Source of the DNA: an uncultured Verrucomicrobiae bacterium
GTDB lineage: Bacteria > Verrucomicrobiota > Verrucomicrobiia > Chthoniobacterales > UBA10450
Length of the DNA: 64,000 bases
Assembly: GCA_963735805.1 (NCBI GenBank)
Contig: CAVTMK010000003.1
Coordinates: forward strand, 32,001-96,000
Reading direction: 5' to 3'
Part shown: piece after piece, positions 40,066 through 49,111 of the stretch
Numbering within the stretch: position 1 is the first letter of the stretch
How the letters are laid out: every line of letters begins with the position of its first letter
Program-made: the position numbers and the translations under genes
Notes under the pieces: generated by a model
Databases searched by the model: none
Told to the model about the DNA's origin: nothing
What the model saw: only the letters and a program-made list of their open reading frames with translations

Positions 40066-40158
40066 TCAAGCTTCGACGACAGTCCTAAATCCGGCGTACA
40101 TCATGCGCTTCACGTCGAACGCCATGGCATTGGGCATTTTCGCGAAACGCGGATCCAG
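40066..40158 (-). pseudogene. C-terminal relic of a DUF1428 (YbaA-like) gene
   Basis: LDPRFAKMPNAMAFDVKRMMYAGFRTVVEA* with no N-terminal part; abuts the YciI stop. Confidence 0.65.
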
Positions 40159-40159
40159 G

Positions 40160-40567
40160 TCACAATTGTGCAAACTGCGCTTCCGCTCGGAGATCAGCAG
40201 CGATGGGACACTCGCCTGCCACCGGTCTCACTTCCACGCGAATACCGTATGGAAGACCCGGGCATTCCCTGGCGATGGCAACCGCTTCATCCATCGTGGC
40301 GACATCGAGAAGAAAATAACCGCCAATAGCTTCTTTGGATTCGGCAAACGGTCCATCGGAAACGACACGCTCTTTGCCGGAGACGATTTTCCCCTCGCGT
40401 TCCAACGGATTTCCAGCGACCGCTTTGCCGTCTTCCGTTAAGCGCCTGAACCAGGCCATCCAGTTGTCGGTGACTTTTTGCAGCTCCTCTGGCGATAGCC
40501 CTTTGCGAAGATCGGTCCCGTGAAAGAGCAGCATGTATCCATTCTGATTTTGGTTTTGTGTACTCAT
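40160..40567 (-). CDS. YciI/DGPF-family protein
   Basis: YMLLF; VVSDGPFAESKEAIGGYFLL; VEVRPV. Confidence 0.92.
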   Translation of the reverse strand: MSTQNQNQNGYMLLFHGTDLRKGLSPEELQKVTDNWMAWFRRLTEDGKAVAGNPLEREGKIVSGKERVVSDGPFAESKEAIGGYFLLDVATMDEAVAIARECPGLPYGIRVEVRPVAGECPIAADLRAEAQFAQL

Positions 40568-40612
40568 ATTCTTTGTTCTTGGTTGATGGTTGATAATTGA
40601 TTGTTTAAAAAT

Positions 40613-41025
40613 TCAGGCGCTTGCGAGCTGTTCCTCCCGGGCCAATTCACGTGCCCGAGCATCGAGCGGACATTCTTCAGCCACCGGGCGGACTTCGATC
40701 GAAGTGCCGTACGCCAGATTTGGACTGCTTTTGGCGATGGCGATAGCTTCTTCCAGCGTTTCGACATTCAGTATTAAATAGCCGCCAATGGCTTCTTTGG
40801 ATTCGGCGAAAGGTCCATCCGAAACGATGCGTCCATTTTGCTGGAAACCGTCGCGCCTTTACGTTGGAGCGCGTGGCCAGGATTAGCCTTGCCTTGCGCG
40901 GTCAATTCTTCGATCCAGGTCTTATTCTGACTAATGACTTTCTGGATCTCATCGTACGAAAGCTCCTCATACCATTCATCACTGCGAAATAGCAGCATGT
41001 AACTATTTTGGGTTTGTGTATGCAT
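40613..41025 (-). pseudogene. YciI/DGPF-family gene with a 1-nt frameshift (or sequencing error)
   Basis: Adding one A to the A4 run (T4 at 40836-40839) restores KNGRIVSDGPFAESKEAIGGY...IEVRPVAEECP...LASA*. Confidence 0.85.
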
Positions 41026-41062
41026 AGTCTGTATAGTTGTTGATCGTTTTTGCCTTTTTGAA

Positions 41063-41093
41063 ATACAACGAACCAGCGGTCTAACTTAGGACA
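41063..41093 (-). promoter_or_regulatory. ECF42-type promoter, copy 2
   Basis: TGTCCTAA-N13-TTCGTTGTAT. Confidence 0.78.
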
Positions 41094-41094
41094 A

Positions 41095-41484
41095 TTATTT
41101 CGCGTTCGCGTCGCTCTGCCAAATTCCAAACGAATTGCCCTCGGTATCCTGGCAGACAGCGAAATACCCCATCTGTGGCACAGCGGTCTTTGCCAGGCAG
41201 ATTTTGCCACCGAGTTTCTCGATTTTTTTGGAGAAATCGACGACGGAATCGACACTGACATAGTTGACGACTGGCTCTTGTGGATGCTTACGCCCCTTCA
41301 GCGCCCCATCAGGTGTATCGTCGCCGCCGCCGGTATCGATATGCCAGTAATCCCCTCCCCCGGGAAATGGATTGATCTTCCAGCCAAACAGACTGCTATA
41401 AAACGCCCTGGCGCGTTCAGGGTTGTCGACCGGAATTTCAAACCAAGCGATGCTTGCTGCTTGTTTATTATCTGACTTGCTCAT
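41095..41484 (-). CDS. VOC/glyoxalase-family protein
   Basis: IAWFEIPVDNPERARAFYSSLFGW; QDTEGNSFGIWQ. Confidence 0.9.
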   Translation of the reverse strand: MSKSDNKQAASIAWFEIPVDNPERARAFYSSLFGWKINPFPGGGDYWHIDTGGGDDTPDGALKGRKHPQEPVVNYVSVDSVVDFSKKIEKLGGKICLAKTAVPQMGYFAVCQDTEGNSFGIWQSDANAK

Positions 41485-41487
41485 TTT

Positions 41488-42867
41488 TTATTTTCTATTG
41501 ATGTGTGATTTTGGAGATACGACGAACAACCAGGCCGACTCAGGACAAATTTTTCTCGCTAAGCTGTCTGACCCGTCCACACAGCGCTGCAATTGTTTCA
41601 TAAGAAACGCTCGCTCCGACTTGGTCTCTGCCAGTTCAAATGATTTCCGGAACTCTTCAGCAGCGGCCTGCAGATTACCCAATCGCATTTCGAGTTCGCC
41701 GAGCACAGCGTAGAGGAGATAATACGAACTGAGTTTAGCGAGACCTGGAACGCTTCGTATTGCCTGGAGTCCGGCTCTCGGTCCACGGATGTTGGCGATG
41801 GCCACAGCACGGTTGAGAGCTACAACCGGGGACTGATCGAATTCAATCAAGCGATCATAGAGCGAAAGGATTTGATGCCAGTCGGTGGATTGATAGTCCT
41901 TCGCAGCGCAGTGACAGGCGGCAATTCCCGCTTGAAGATGATATTCGCTAATCTGATTTCCTATGGCCGACTCTGCAAAGTGAAACATACCACGTGCAAT
42001 CAGTGATTTGTCCCAGCGCGTCCGGTCCTGTTCTTCTAGGCGCAACAGATTGCCGTCGCGATCCGAACGGGTCGGATTGCGAGCGGCATTTAACAGTATC
42101 AATGCCAAAAGCGCGTGCGTCTTCGGTTGATTACCGGCCGGATGCGCCACCAGCAACTCGGTCAGGCGAATCGCTTCTTCACAAAGCTCTGCCCGAACCA
42201 ATTGTTCGCCGCTCGATGCTTTGTAGCCCTCGTTAAACAAGAGGTAAAGCGATTGCAAGACTCCGTCCAAGCGCTCCCCCAGTTCCTTGCCTGCAGGAAT
42301 TTCAAATGGGATCTGTGCCTGAAGGATCTTTTGCTTGGCCCTGGTCAATCGCTTGGCAATTGCGGCCTCTGTGGTTAGAAACGCGTGACTAATCTCCGCA
42401 ACATCAAAACCGCATAGTGTCTTCAAGGCGAGTGTGACCTGCGCTTCGCCTGGAATCGCAGGGTGGCAGCAGACAAACATCAATCGCAAACGATCGTCAC
42501 GAATTTCTTCTTCCGAGAAAATTGCTTCATCCGGCGCAACATTATCTCGATCCATTAGACGGATGATTTCTGCTTCTTTGGAATGAAATACTTTTCGTCG
42601 GCGAACTACGTCGAGCGCTAGATTACGCGAAGCGCGCATAATCCAAGCCGAGGGATTTCTCGGCACTCCATAGAATGGCCAGGTCTGCAACGCTCGAGCG
42701 AGCGCTTCCTGAACGACGTCTTCCGCGAGGCTGAGATTTTCGATGCCGAAGATCCTTGTGAGAGTAGCAACCATCTTCGCTCCCTCATGGCGAAAAAGAT
42801 GTTCCACCAGTTGCGACACGCCTTCTGATTCTGGCACAACAGTTTTTGAAGACACCATTTCTGCCAT
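41488..42867 (-). CDS. ECF sigma factor with C-terminal TPR-like extension (ECF42/DUF6596 type)
   Basis: AEDVVQEAL.RALQTWP..GVPRNPSAW; DDRLRLMFVCCHP; LYLLFNEGY; YHLQAGIAACH; TDW.QI.SLY; VVALNRAVA; next to DGPF genes. Confidence 0.9.
   Translation of the reverse strand: MAEMVSSKTVVPESEGVSQLVEHLFRHEGAKMVATLTRIFGIENLSLAEDVVQEALARALQTWPFYGVPRNPSAWIMRASRNLALDVVRRRKVFHSKEAEIIRLMDRDNVAPDEAIFSEEEIRDDRLRLMFVCCHPAIPGEAQVTLALKTLCGFDVAEISHAFLTTEAAIAKRLTRAKQKILQAQIPFEIPAGKELGERLDGVLQSLYLLFNEGYKASSGEQLVRAELCEEAIRLTELLVAHPAGNQPKTHALLALILLNAARNPTRSDRDGNLLRLEEQDRTRWDKSLIARGMFHFAESAIGNQISEYHLQAGIAACHCAAKDYQSTDWHQILSLYDRLIEFDQSPVVALNRAVAIANIRGPRAGLQAIRSVPGLAKLSSYYLLYAVLGELEMRLGNLQAAAEEFRKSFELAETKSERAFLMKQLQRCVDGSDSLARKICPESAWLFVVSPKSHINRK
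41517..41547 (-). promoter_or_regulatory. ECF42-type promoter, copy 1 (inside the 3' end of the sigma ORF)
   Basis: TGTCCTGA-N13-TTCGTCGTAT. Confidence 0.8.
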
Positions 42868-42926
42868 ACCCTCAATGCCCATAAGGCAACAAGTTGTAAT
42901 TTCCAACGGAAGGTCTAGTGCAGCAA

Positions 42927-43100
42927 TCGCTAACCGTCCGCCGCCGGCTGATAACTGCCCAGGAACCGTTGGCCCCCGATGCGCGTATTAGCGACTCGAA
43001 TGAAATTGGGACGGTCGCGTCACCGGGTAGTGTTGGCGTGCCGGACGCCGTAGCGCAGGATCCCTACCCAGGCGGGCCCGAGCTCCTCGTGACCCCGCTC
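42927..43100. ncRNA. Candidate structured RNA element upstream of the ECF42 sigma gene
   Basis: GGTCGCG/CGTGACC, GGGTAG/CTACCC and GGCGT/ACGCC stems plus crossing pairs TCGCTAA/TTAGCGA and ACCGTCC/GGACGGT. Confidence 0.3.
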
Positions 43101-43163
43101 CGCTGAAACGTGCCAGTTTTCGCCAATAGGCGGTTACAAGCGTTTTCTCACTGGGGAAATGTC

Positions 43164-43583
43164 TCATTGCGCAATTGCCTCGCTCTCGATCAGTCGTTTA
43201 AAGTTTCCCAAGTATTCCTCGACTCTGTGCGAAAGACTTGGTGGATCGAAAATGGAGCGAATCTTCAGCGTTACTTCCGTTTCCTCCTGAGAACGCGGCT
43301 CGAAAGAGACCACGCCTGACATGAAACCGTTCGACATGGTGCGCCACGCGATTCGGCGGCCGGGAATCTGAAGTACGATATGGAACATCCCTTTTTGGTT
43401 GGCGCCATTCGGCTGCCACCTGTATGAAAAATGGGCGTCGTCAATTCTGTGTACGTCCTGCAGCGGTGGAATGAATTTGGGAAGATCCTCCAGACGCGAC
43501 CACTGCTCGTAGACGCGATTAATGGGTGCCTTCACAACAACAAAATGTCTGGCGGCGTTCATTGAGGCTGGAACGGGTTTCAT
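43164..43583 (-). CDS. SRPBCC (polyketide cyclase-like) protein
   Basis: VKAPINRVYEQWSRLEDLPKF; RRIAWR; GVVSFEP; YLGNFKRLIE. Confidence 0.85.
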   Translation of the reverse strand: MKPVPASMNAARHFVVVKAPINRVYEQWSRLEDLPKFIPPLQDVHRIDDAHFSYRWQPNGANQKGMFHIVLQIPGRRIAWRTMSNGFMSGVVSFEPRSQEETEVTLKIRSIFDPPSLSHRVEEYLGNFKRLIESEAIAQ

Positions 43584-43598
43584 CGTTTCAATCGGTTG

Positions 43599-43769
43599 TC
43601 AGACGCTGAAGCGCGCATATTGCTCCCTCGAGAACGCGCGGTTCCAGCCGTCGGTGAAGTTAAAAAGAGTCATATTCAGAACCAGCATCGGATCGTGACG
43701 TCGTCGGGACCGCCGAAAAATCCTCGACAGTTTGGACCTTGAATTAGTTTGAGGTCGTTTGGGTTTCAT
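43599..43769 (-). CDS. Putative 56-aa basic small protein (not in the ORF track)
   Basis: MKPKRPQTNSRSKLSRIFRRSRRRHDPMLVLNMTLFNFTDGWNRAFSREQYARFSV*; A-rich leader; ends 15 nt before the SRPBCC start. Confidence 0.4.
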   Translation of the reverse strand: MKPKRPQTNSRSKLSRIFRRSRRRHDPMLVLNMTLFNFTDGWNRAFSREQYARFSV

Positions 43770-43988
43770 TTTTGTTACTTTTCTTTCCTAAGGCTACGCA
43801 ACCCTGCATCGCGCTGCCACGAAGCGGTCGAAGGATTTTTCGATGCTTCGCAGGGGAGACCGGATAACACCTCTTTCGAGGGAGGAAACAAAAGTGGCGC
43901 GGCGTCGCGGGTTTGTTAGACTTCCACCATGCGCCAGCGCGCACTACCTGCGTGGGAGATGGTTTGCAAGGCCGGCTAACTAATTACT

Positions 43989-46487
43989 ATGAAATCAGAC
44001 GTCATTGCTGCGGAACCAACCCCCACCCGGCAAGCGGCAATCCCTGATCGGTTCGAACCTTGTTCCGGAGCCTACGATGACGAAAGCGCAGCAAAGCACC
44101 TATTCAAATTATCGCGTGATGTAATTCTTTCTCTGGACCGCACCGGGAACATCCTCTGCATCAACCAGCGCGGGGTCCAGTTGAGCGGCTATTTAGAAAC
44201 GGAGTTGCGCGGAGTAAATATTTCGGAACGCCTGCTTTTTCCCGAGGATCGTACAGCGCTTGAGCAAATTCTAAATGACCTAGCGCAGGGAAAAGTCCGT
44301 GAATACGAGATTCGCTGGAGAACCAAAGCCGGCGGCATTGTTCATTTTGACGGTGTATCGGTTCCACGTCTCTCAGAAGGCGGCGAATTTCTGTCCACCC
44401 TCTGCACCCTGCGGGATGTGACCGAACGCAAATCCGCCGAAGAAAAACTGCGCAAGAGCGAAGAGAAATATCGAGACCTGATCGAGATTTCACCCGACGC
44501 GATCTATGTCGTCGACGCCAAGGGCGCGTGCGTTTTGGGAAACCGCGCGGGCGCAGAGTTAGCCGGAATTCCGGAGGACCAGTTGGTTGGGACGCCCGTC
44601 ACCGAGACCTATCTGCCAGAAGAACGCCACGTGTTTCGAGAACGACTCGAGCAGCTGAAAACCGGGGGCACTCTGCGCTACGAGAGAAATTTCGTTCGAA
44701 AAAGCGGAGACACGGTTCCCGTGGAAGTTTCGGTGACGGCGATACGCGGGGGATATTTTCAAGCGATCCTGCGAGACATCAGCAAACGCAAGCAAGGCGA
44801 AGCTTTGCTTGGCGGGGAGAAACGCCTCCTCGAGATGGTGGCGAAAGGAGATTCACTCTCCTCGATTCTCGATGCCATTTGCCGCCTGGTCGAAGAATTG
44901 TGCAGCGGGTGCTTGTGTTCGATCCTTCTTTTGGATTCGAATAGCAAACGCCTCTGGCATGGTGCAGGACCGAGCATTCCAAAACCATACGCCCAAGCAA
45001 TCGACGGCTTCGCCATCGGACCAAATGTGGGTTCGTGCGGATCGGCCGCCTATCGTGCAGAGCAAGTGATCGTTTCAGACATCGCCACTGATCCCCGCTG
45101 GACACTTTTTCGTGACGAGGCCCTAACGAATGGCCTCAGGGCATGTTGGTCTACGCCGATTCTCTCGCTGGAAAACAGAGTTCTGGGAACCTTTGCCATG
45201 TACTATCGCGAGCCCAGGTCTCCTGCTCCGCGGCACCAGGAGGTCATCGAGCAGATTACGCATTTGGCGAGCATCGCCATCCAACGCAAGCGGGCGGAAG
45301 AAGCGTTGCGCGCTTCGGAACAGCTCGCCCGCGGACAAGTGGAGGCACTGACCTACAGTTTGGACGTCCTCGCGACTGCGCCAGCGCCCGATAAGTTTTT
45401 AGGCCAAATGCTTAGCACAATGGGCCGGCTCCTCGCGGCGCAAAGTGTGATCCTCTGGTTGCTGGATGAATCGAATGATTCGCTCGTTTTGCGCGCTTGG
45501 GCTGAAGGCACGAACTTTGCGAAGGCAGATCCGGAGCATCCGTTCATCAAAAATCCTTTGTCATGGAAGCAGGACCGCGGACTTCGTGAGCTGTTCTTTT
45601 CAGGAGCGCCGGTCGTCTGTGAGGACTTGGAACACGATCCCGATGTCTCGTTGGAGCTTCGCGAATACCTGAAGGCGGGAGGAACGAAGAAATTCCTCAG
45701 AATTCCGACGCTGATGGGCGGTCGCGTCAGGGGTTTCATCGGAATTTGCCATGGTGAGCGGCCAACCTACCGGCCGGAAGAGATCGAGTTGGCGCAGGCT
45801 CTCGCGCATCAGGCAATGCTGGCAATTCAACTAAATGAATTTGCCGAGAAAAGCCGTCAGTCAGCGATCCTGGAGGAGCGAAATCGAATGGCGCGCGACA
45901 TTCATGATACCCTCGCGCAAGGATTCACCGGCGTGATTGTGCAATTGGAAGCGGCTGACGATGCTATCGGTTGTTCCCGGCGCAAGGAAGCGAACGAGCA
46001 CCTGCAACGCGCCGCTGAGTTGGCGCGGCGCAGTTTGTCCGAAGCGCGTCGGTCGGTCCGCGCGCTTCGCCCGGAAGCTTTGCAAGCGGGAAACTTCTGG
46101 GACGCGTTACAGGGAATCGTCAAAAATACCACCGCCGGGACCGCGCTTCATACAACGTTCGAACTGCGCGGGCCTCTGCGCGATCTTCCGCCGGTTTGGC
46201 AGGAAAATTTGTTACACATCGGCCAGGAGGCTTTGACTAACGCGCTCAAGTACGCGCACCCACGCAATTTTGAAACGCGATTAACGTCCGATCCAGAAGA
46301 ACTGCGCCTGGAGCTTCGCGACGACGGCGACGGATTCGAAGTCAACGATCGACACGATGGCTTCGGCCTGGCCGGAATGCGCGAGCGCGTCGAACAAATG
46401 GGCGGGAACCTTAAGATCACCAGCGCGCGCGGGAAAGGCACGAAGGTTGTCGTCACACTGCCCTTCAATGGCAAAGCCGTTTCGTGA
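43989..46487 (+). CDS. Cytoplasmic PAS-PAS-GAF-GAF histidine kinase (HisKA_3)
   Basis: Two PAS/PAC domains (RDVTERK, RDISKRK); GSCGSAAY GAF; ERNRMARDIHDTLAQG; QEALTNALKY; DDGDGF; GFGLAGMRER. Confidence 0.92.
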   Translation: MKSDVIAAEPTPTRQAAIPDRFEPCSGAYDDESAAKHLFKLSRDVILSLDRTGNILCINQRGVQLSGYLETELRGVNISERLLFPEDRTALEQILNDLAQGKVREYEIRWRTKAGGIVHFDGVSVPRLSEGGEFLSTLCTLRDVTERKSAEEKLRKSEEKYRDLIEISPDAIYVVDAKGACVLGNRAGAELAGIPEDQLVGTPVTETYLPEERHVFRERLEQLKTGGTLRYERNFVRKSGDTVPVEVSVTAIRGGYFQAILRDISKRKQGEALLGGEKRLLEMVAKGDSLSSILDAICRLVEELCSGCLCSILLLDSNSKRLWHGAGPSIPKPYAQAIDGFAIGPNVGSCGSAAYRAEQVIVSDIATDPRWTLFRDEALTNGLRACWSTPILSLENRVLGTFAMYYREPRSPAPRHQEVIEQITHLASIAIQRKRAEEALRASEQLARGQVEALTYSLDVLATAPAPDKFLGQMLSTMGRLLAAQSVILWLLDESNDSLVLRAWAEGTNFAKADPEHPFIKNPLSWKQDRGLRELFFSGAPVVCEDLEHDPDVSLELREYLKAGGTKKFLRIPTLMGGRVRGFIGICHGERPTYRPEEIELAQALAHQAMLAIQLNEFAEKSRQSAILEERNRMARDIHDTLAQGFTGVIVQLEAADDAIGCSRRKEANEHLQRAAELARRSLSEARRSVRALRPEALQAGNFWDALQGIVKNTTAGTALHTTFELRGPLRDLPPVWQENLLHIGQEALTNALKYAHPRNFETRLTSDPEELRLELRDDGDGFEVNDRHDGFGLAGMRERVEQMGGNLKITSARGKGTKVVVTLPFNGKAVS

Positions 46488-47179
46488 AAACCCAAAAGCA
46501 ATCTTCCCGCAAATCTACCAGGGGTGCTTCGCCACGGAGCCCTAAAACCACCCCGACCAGATCGCGCATTGGCGTTCTCATCGCCGATGACCACACCGTC
46601 GTGCGCGAAGGTTTGGTCTCATTGATTCAGCGCAAACCGGACATGGCCGTGATAGGCGAAGCAAAAAATGGCCGCGAGGCAGTCGATCTTTGGAAGCAGC
46701 GTCATCCGGATGTGACGCTACTCGATTTGCGGATGCCCGAACTCGATGGTGTCGGAGCAATCAAAGAAATCCGTGAACACAATGAGCAAGCGCGCATTAT
46801 TGTGCTTACAACCTTCGACGGCGACGAAGATATTTATCGGGCAATTCAAGCGGGCGCGAAGGGTTACCTTCTCAAGGACGTACCACGCGAAGCGTTGATG
46901 GATAGTATCCGCCGGGTGCACGCCGGTGAAACTTGTGTGCCTGTCCATCTCGCGGCCAAGCTGGCCGAACGCGTCAGTGGTGAAACGTTGAGCTCGCGCG
47001 AGATCGATGTGCTCAAGCTGATGGCTCAGGGAAAAAGCAATAAAGAAATCGGTGCCGCGCTATTTATCAGCGAAGGCACGGTGAAATCGCACGTCAAAGC
47101 GATCTTTGCTAAGATGAACGTCATCAGCCGCACCGAAGCCGTTGCAAGCGCTACCCGGCGTGGCCTTATTCATCTGTAA
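46484..47179 (+). CDS. NarL/LuxR-family response regulator
   Basis: IADDH, LLDLRMP, GYLLKD, LSSREIDVL..GKSNKEIG..TVKSHV. Confidence 0.93.
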   Translation: MKTQKQSSRKSTRGASPRSPKTTPTRSRIGVLIADDHTVVREGLVSLIQRKPDMAVIGEAKNGREAVDLWKQRHPDVTLLDLRMPELDGVGAIKEIREHNEQARIIVLTTFDGDEDIYRAIQAGAKGYLLKDVPREALMDSIRRVHAGETCVPVHLAAKLAERVSGETLSSREIDVLKLMAQGKSNKEIGAALFISEGTVKSHVKAIFAKMNVISRTEAVASATRRGLIHL

Positions 47180-47237
47180 ATCGCAACAGAAAATTGTATT
47201 TGATCGCGCCAACAGAACATGAACCAGTACAAAAAGC

Positions 47238-47774
47238 ATGAAAAAATCTAATTCGAGAAAGACCATAGAACTTCTTCACAGACGTGACGCTCCACTGGAG
47301 ACACGAACCGATCTCACACCTTCGGCGACGAAAGATGTCGCCGCGGCGATGAACGCAATCCTGGCAGACGTGTTCGCGCTCTACATGAAAACAAAAAATT
47401 TCCACTGGCATATGAGCGGTCCCCATTTTCGCGACTACCATTTATTGCTGGACGAACATGCCGACCAACTCTTCGCAATGACTGACCCGATCGCGGAACG
47501 AGTTCGGAAGGTTGGAGGACTTACGCTAAGATCGATCGGTCAAATTTCTCGTACTCAACGTGTACTCGATAACGACGCAGAGTACGTCGAACCGCTGGAC
47601 ATGCTGGCTGAGTTGGCGGACGACAACCGGACAATGGCCGCGCGGCTTCGCGAAGCGCACAACGTGTGCGATGAGCATCGCGACGTTGCTACCGCGAGTT
47701 TGATCGAAGTTTGGATCGATGAAACCGAGCGACGCGCGTGGTTCCTGTTCGAGGCAACGCGCCGCGCGAATTGA
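47238..47774 (+). CDS. dps: Dps-family ferritin-like protein
   Basis: KTKNFHWHMSGPHFRDYHLLLDE; DPIAERVR; ETERRAWFL. Confidence 0.93.
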   Translation: MKKSNSRKTIELLHRRDAPLETRTDLTPSATKDVAAAMNAILADVFALYMKTKNFHWHMSGPHFRDYHLLLDEHADQLFAMTDPIAERVRKVGGLTLRSIGQISRTQRVLDNDAEYVEPLDMLAELADDNRTMAARLREAHNVCDEHRDVATASLIEVWIDETERRAWFLFEATRRAN

Positions 47775-47803
47775 TCTTGGGATTCTTTCCGTAAAGATAC
47801 GGC

Positions 47804-47868
47804 TGTAGCCACGGCGCTGTGTCGCCGTGTTATCCGGGCAACACCCTTAACACAGCGGGGCGGCTACA
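47804..47868. repeat. GTAG-type REP-like inverted doublet
   Basis: TGTAGCC...GGCTACA termini; inner CGCTGTGT/ACACAGCG. Confidence 0.65.
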
Positions 47869-47873
47869 ACAGA

Positions 47874-48842
47874 ATGATGAATGTTTCCCGATTAACCTTC
47901 GCTCATCTGCCAACGCCGATTGAAACGCTGCCGCGTCTATCTGACATTTTGGGCGGACCGCGATTGTTAATCAAACGCGACGATCAAACCGGCCTCGCCT
48001 TTGGCGGTAACAAAACTCGTAAACTGGAATTCCTCATAGCGGAAGCGCGTGAGCAAGGCGCGGAGACCTTGGTCTCTGGCGGAGCACTGCAATCCAATCA
48101 TTGCCGTCAAACTGCAGCAGCCGCGGCTCGATTTGGATTTAAATGCATTCTAGTGTTGACCGGCAACGAGCCGGAACGCCCGTCGGCAAATCTATTACTA
48201 GATCATTTGTTTGGAGCCGAAATCGTCTATGTCACAGAGCGCAAAGATCGGGACAGAATTCTCGAGGAAACATTCGATCGTGCCGAAAAAGATGGAATGA
48301 GACCTTATCTTGTTCCCTATGGCGGATCGAGTCCTACAGGTGCTTTGGGATACGCGTTCGCGATGAAGGAACTGATAAATCAAAATTTCCAAACGGATTG
48401 GATCGTGTTTGCTACATCCTCGGGTGGCACGCATGCGGGGCTAGTTCTGGGTCAGCGCCTGTTTGGATATAAAGGCAGGACCCTGGGAATTAGCATCGAT
48501 GAATCAGAAGAATGGTTAAAAGAACATGTCTCAGAGCTCGCGTCATCGGCCAGTGAAAAACTGGGAAGGCGTACTGAGTTCGTACCAAATGATGTTATGG
48601 CAAATGCCAACTATTGTTCAGCAGGTTATGGCATGTTAACGGAGCAGGAGCGTGAAGCTATTGATTTGTTTGCGAAGCACGAAGGTCTTTTGTTAGACCC
48701 TGTGTATACCGGACGCGCGGCGGCAGGGATGATTGATTTGATCCGTAAAGGATTTTTCAAGAAAGACGAAACCGTGTTGTTCTTGCACACAGGCGGACAG
48801 CCGGCGTTGTTCGCCGCTGGGTACGCGAATAAATTGCAATGA
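47874..48842 (+). CDS. D-cysteine desulfhydrase-family PLP enzyme
   Basis: KRDDQTG..GGNKTRKLE; QSNH; LDPVYTG and LHTGG (Thr/Thr rather than the Glu/Leu of ACC deaminases). Confidence 0.85.
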   Translation: MMNVSRLTFAHLPTPIETLPRLSDILGGPRLLIKRDDQTGLAFGGNKTRKLEFLIAEAREQGAETLVSGGALQSNHCRQTAAAAARFGFKCILVLTGNEPERPSANLLLDHLFGAEIVYVTERKDRDRILEETFDRAEKDGMRPYLVPYGGSSPTGALGYAFAMKELINQNFQTDWIVFATSSGGTHAGLVLGQRLFGYKGRTLGISIDESEEWLKEHVSELASSASEKLGRRTEFVPNDVMANANYCSAGYGMLTEQEREAIDLFAKHEGLLLDPVYTGRAAAGMIDLIRKGFFKKDETVLFLHTGGQPALFAAGYANKLQ

Positions 48843-49111
48843 CAATCTCGGCAACGAGTAGGAAACTCCATTTACTTCGCTGAACAATCAGTTTCTTCAT
48901 TAGTTCGGAGGATTCCAGGATCGATCGGTACCATGGCACAATAGTAACTGGACGTTCCTGGCTGCAATGAGGTAACCAATCTTATTTCGTTCTGCAGAGT
49001 GAAAAATCCTACCATCGCGCAGCTGCTGAGATCATTGTAATCTACCAGATCATTCGACGACAAACTCAAAAATGCAGGAGCTAAATCATTCAGCAGAAAG
49101 GAAAACACACT

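Noticed and set aside
42915..42960. AACCG...GCTGATAAC resembles a fluoride riboswitch
   Set aside because: The 5' GATGG element is missing and no fluoride-related gene follows.
42951..42990. ATAACT-GCC-CAG-GAA-CCG-TTG-GCC resembles a tmRNA resume context and tag (AQEPLA)
   Set aside because: No ALAA* end and no tRNA-like 5'/3' termini or T-arm.
43060..43130. Minus-strand ATTGGCGAAA..GAGGAGC..CCGCCTGGG resembles a ZTP riboswitch
   Set aside because: No room for the P1 3' strand or P3, and the downstream gene is not purine/folate related.
47874..48842. ACC deaminase call
   Set aside because: Diagnostic Glu/Leu positions are Thr/Thr (PVYTG, LHTGG).
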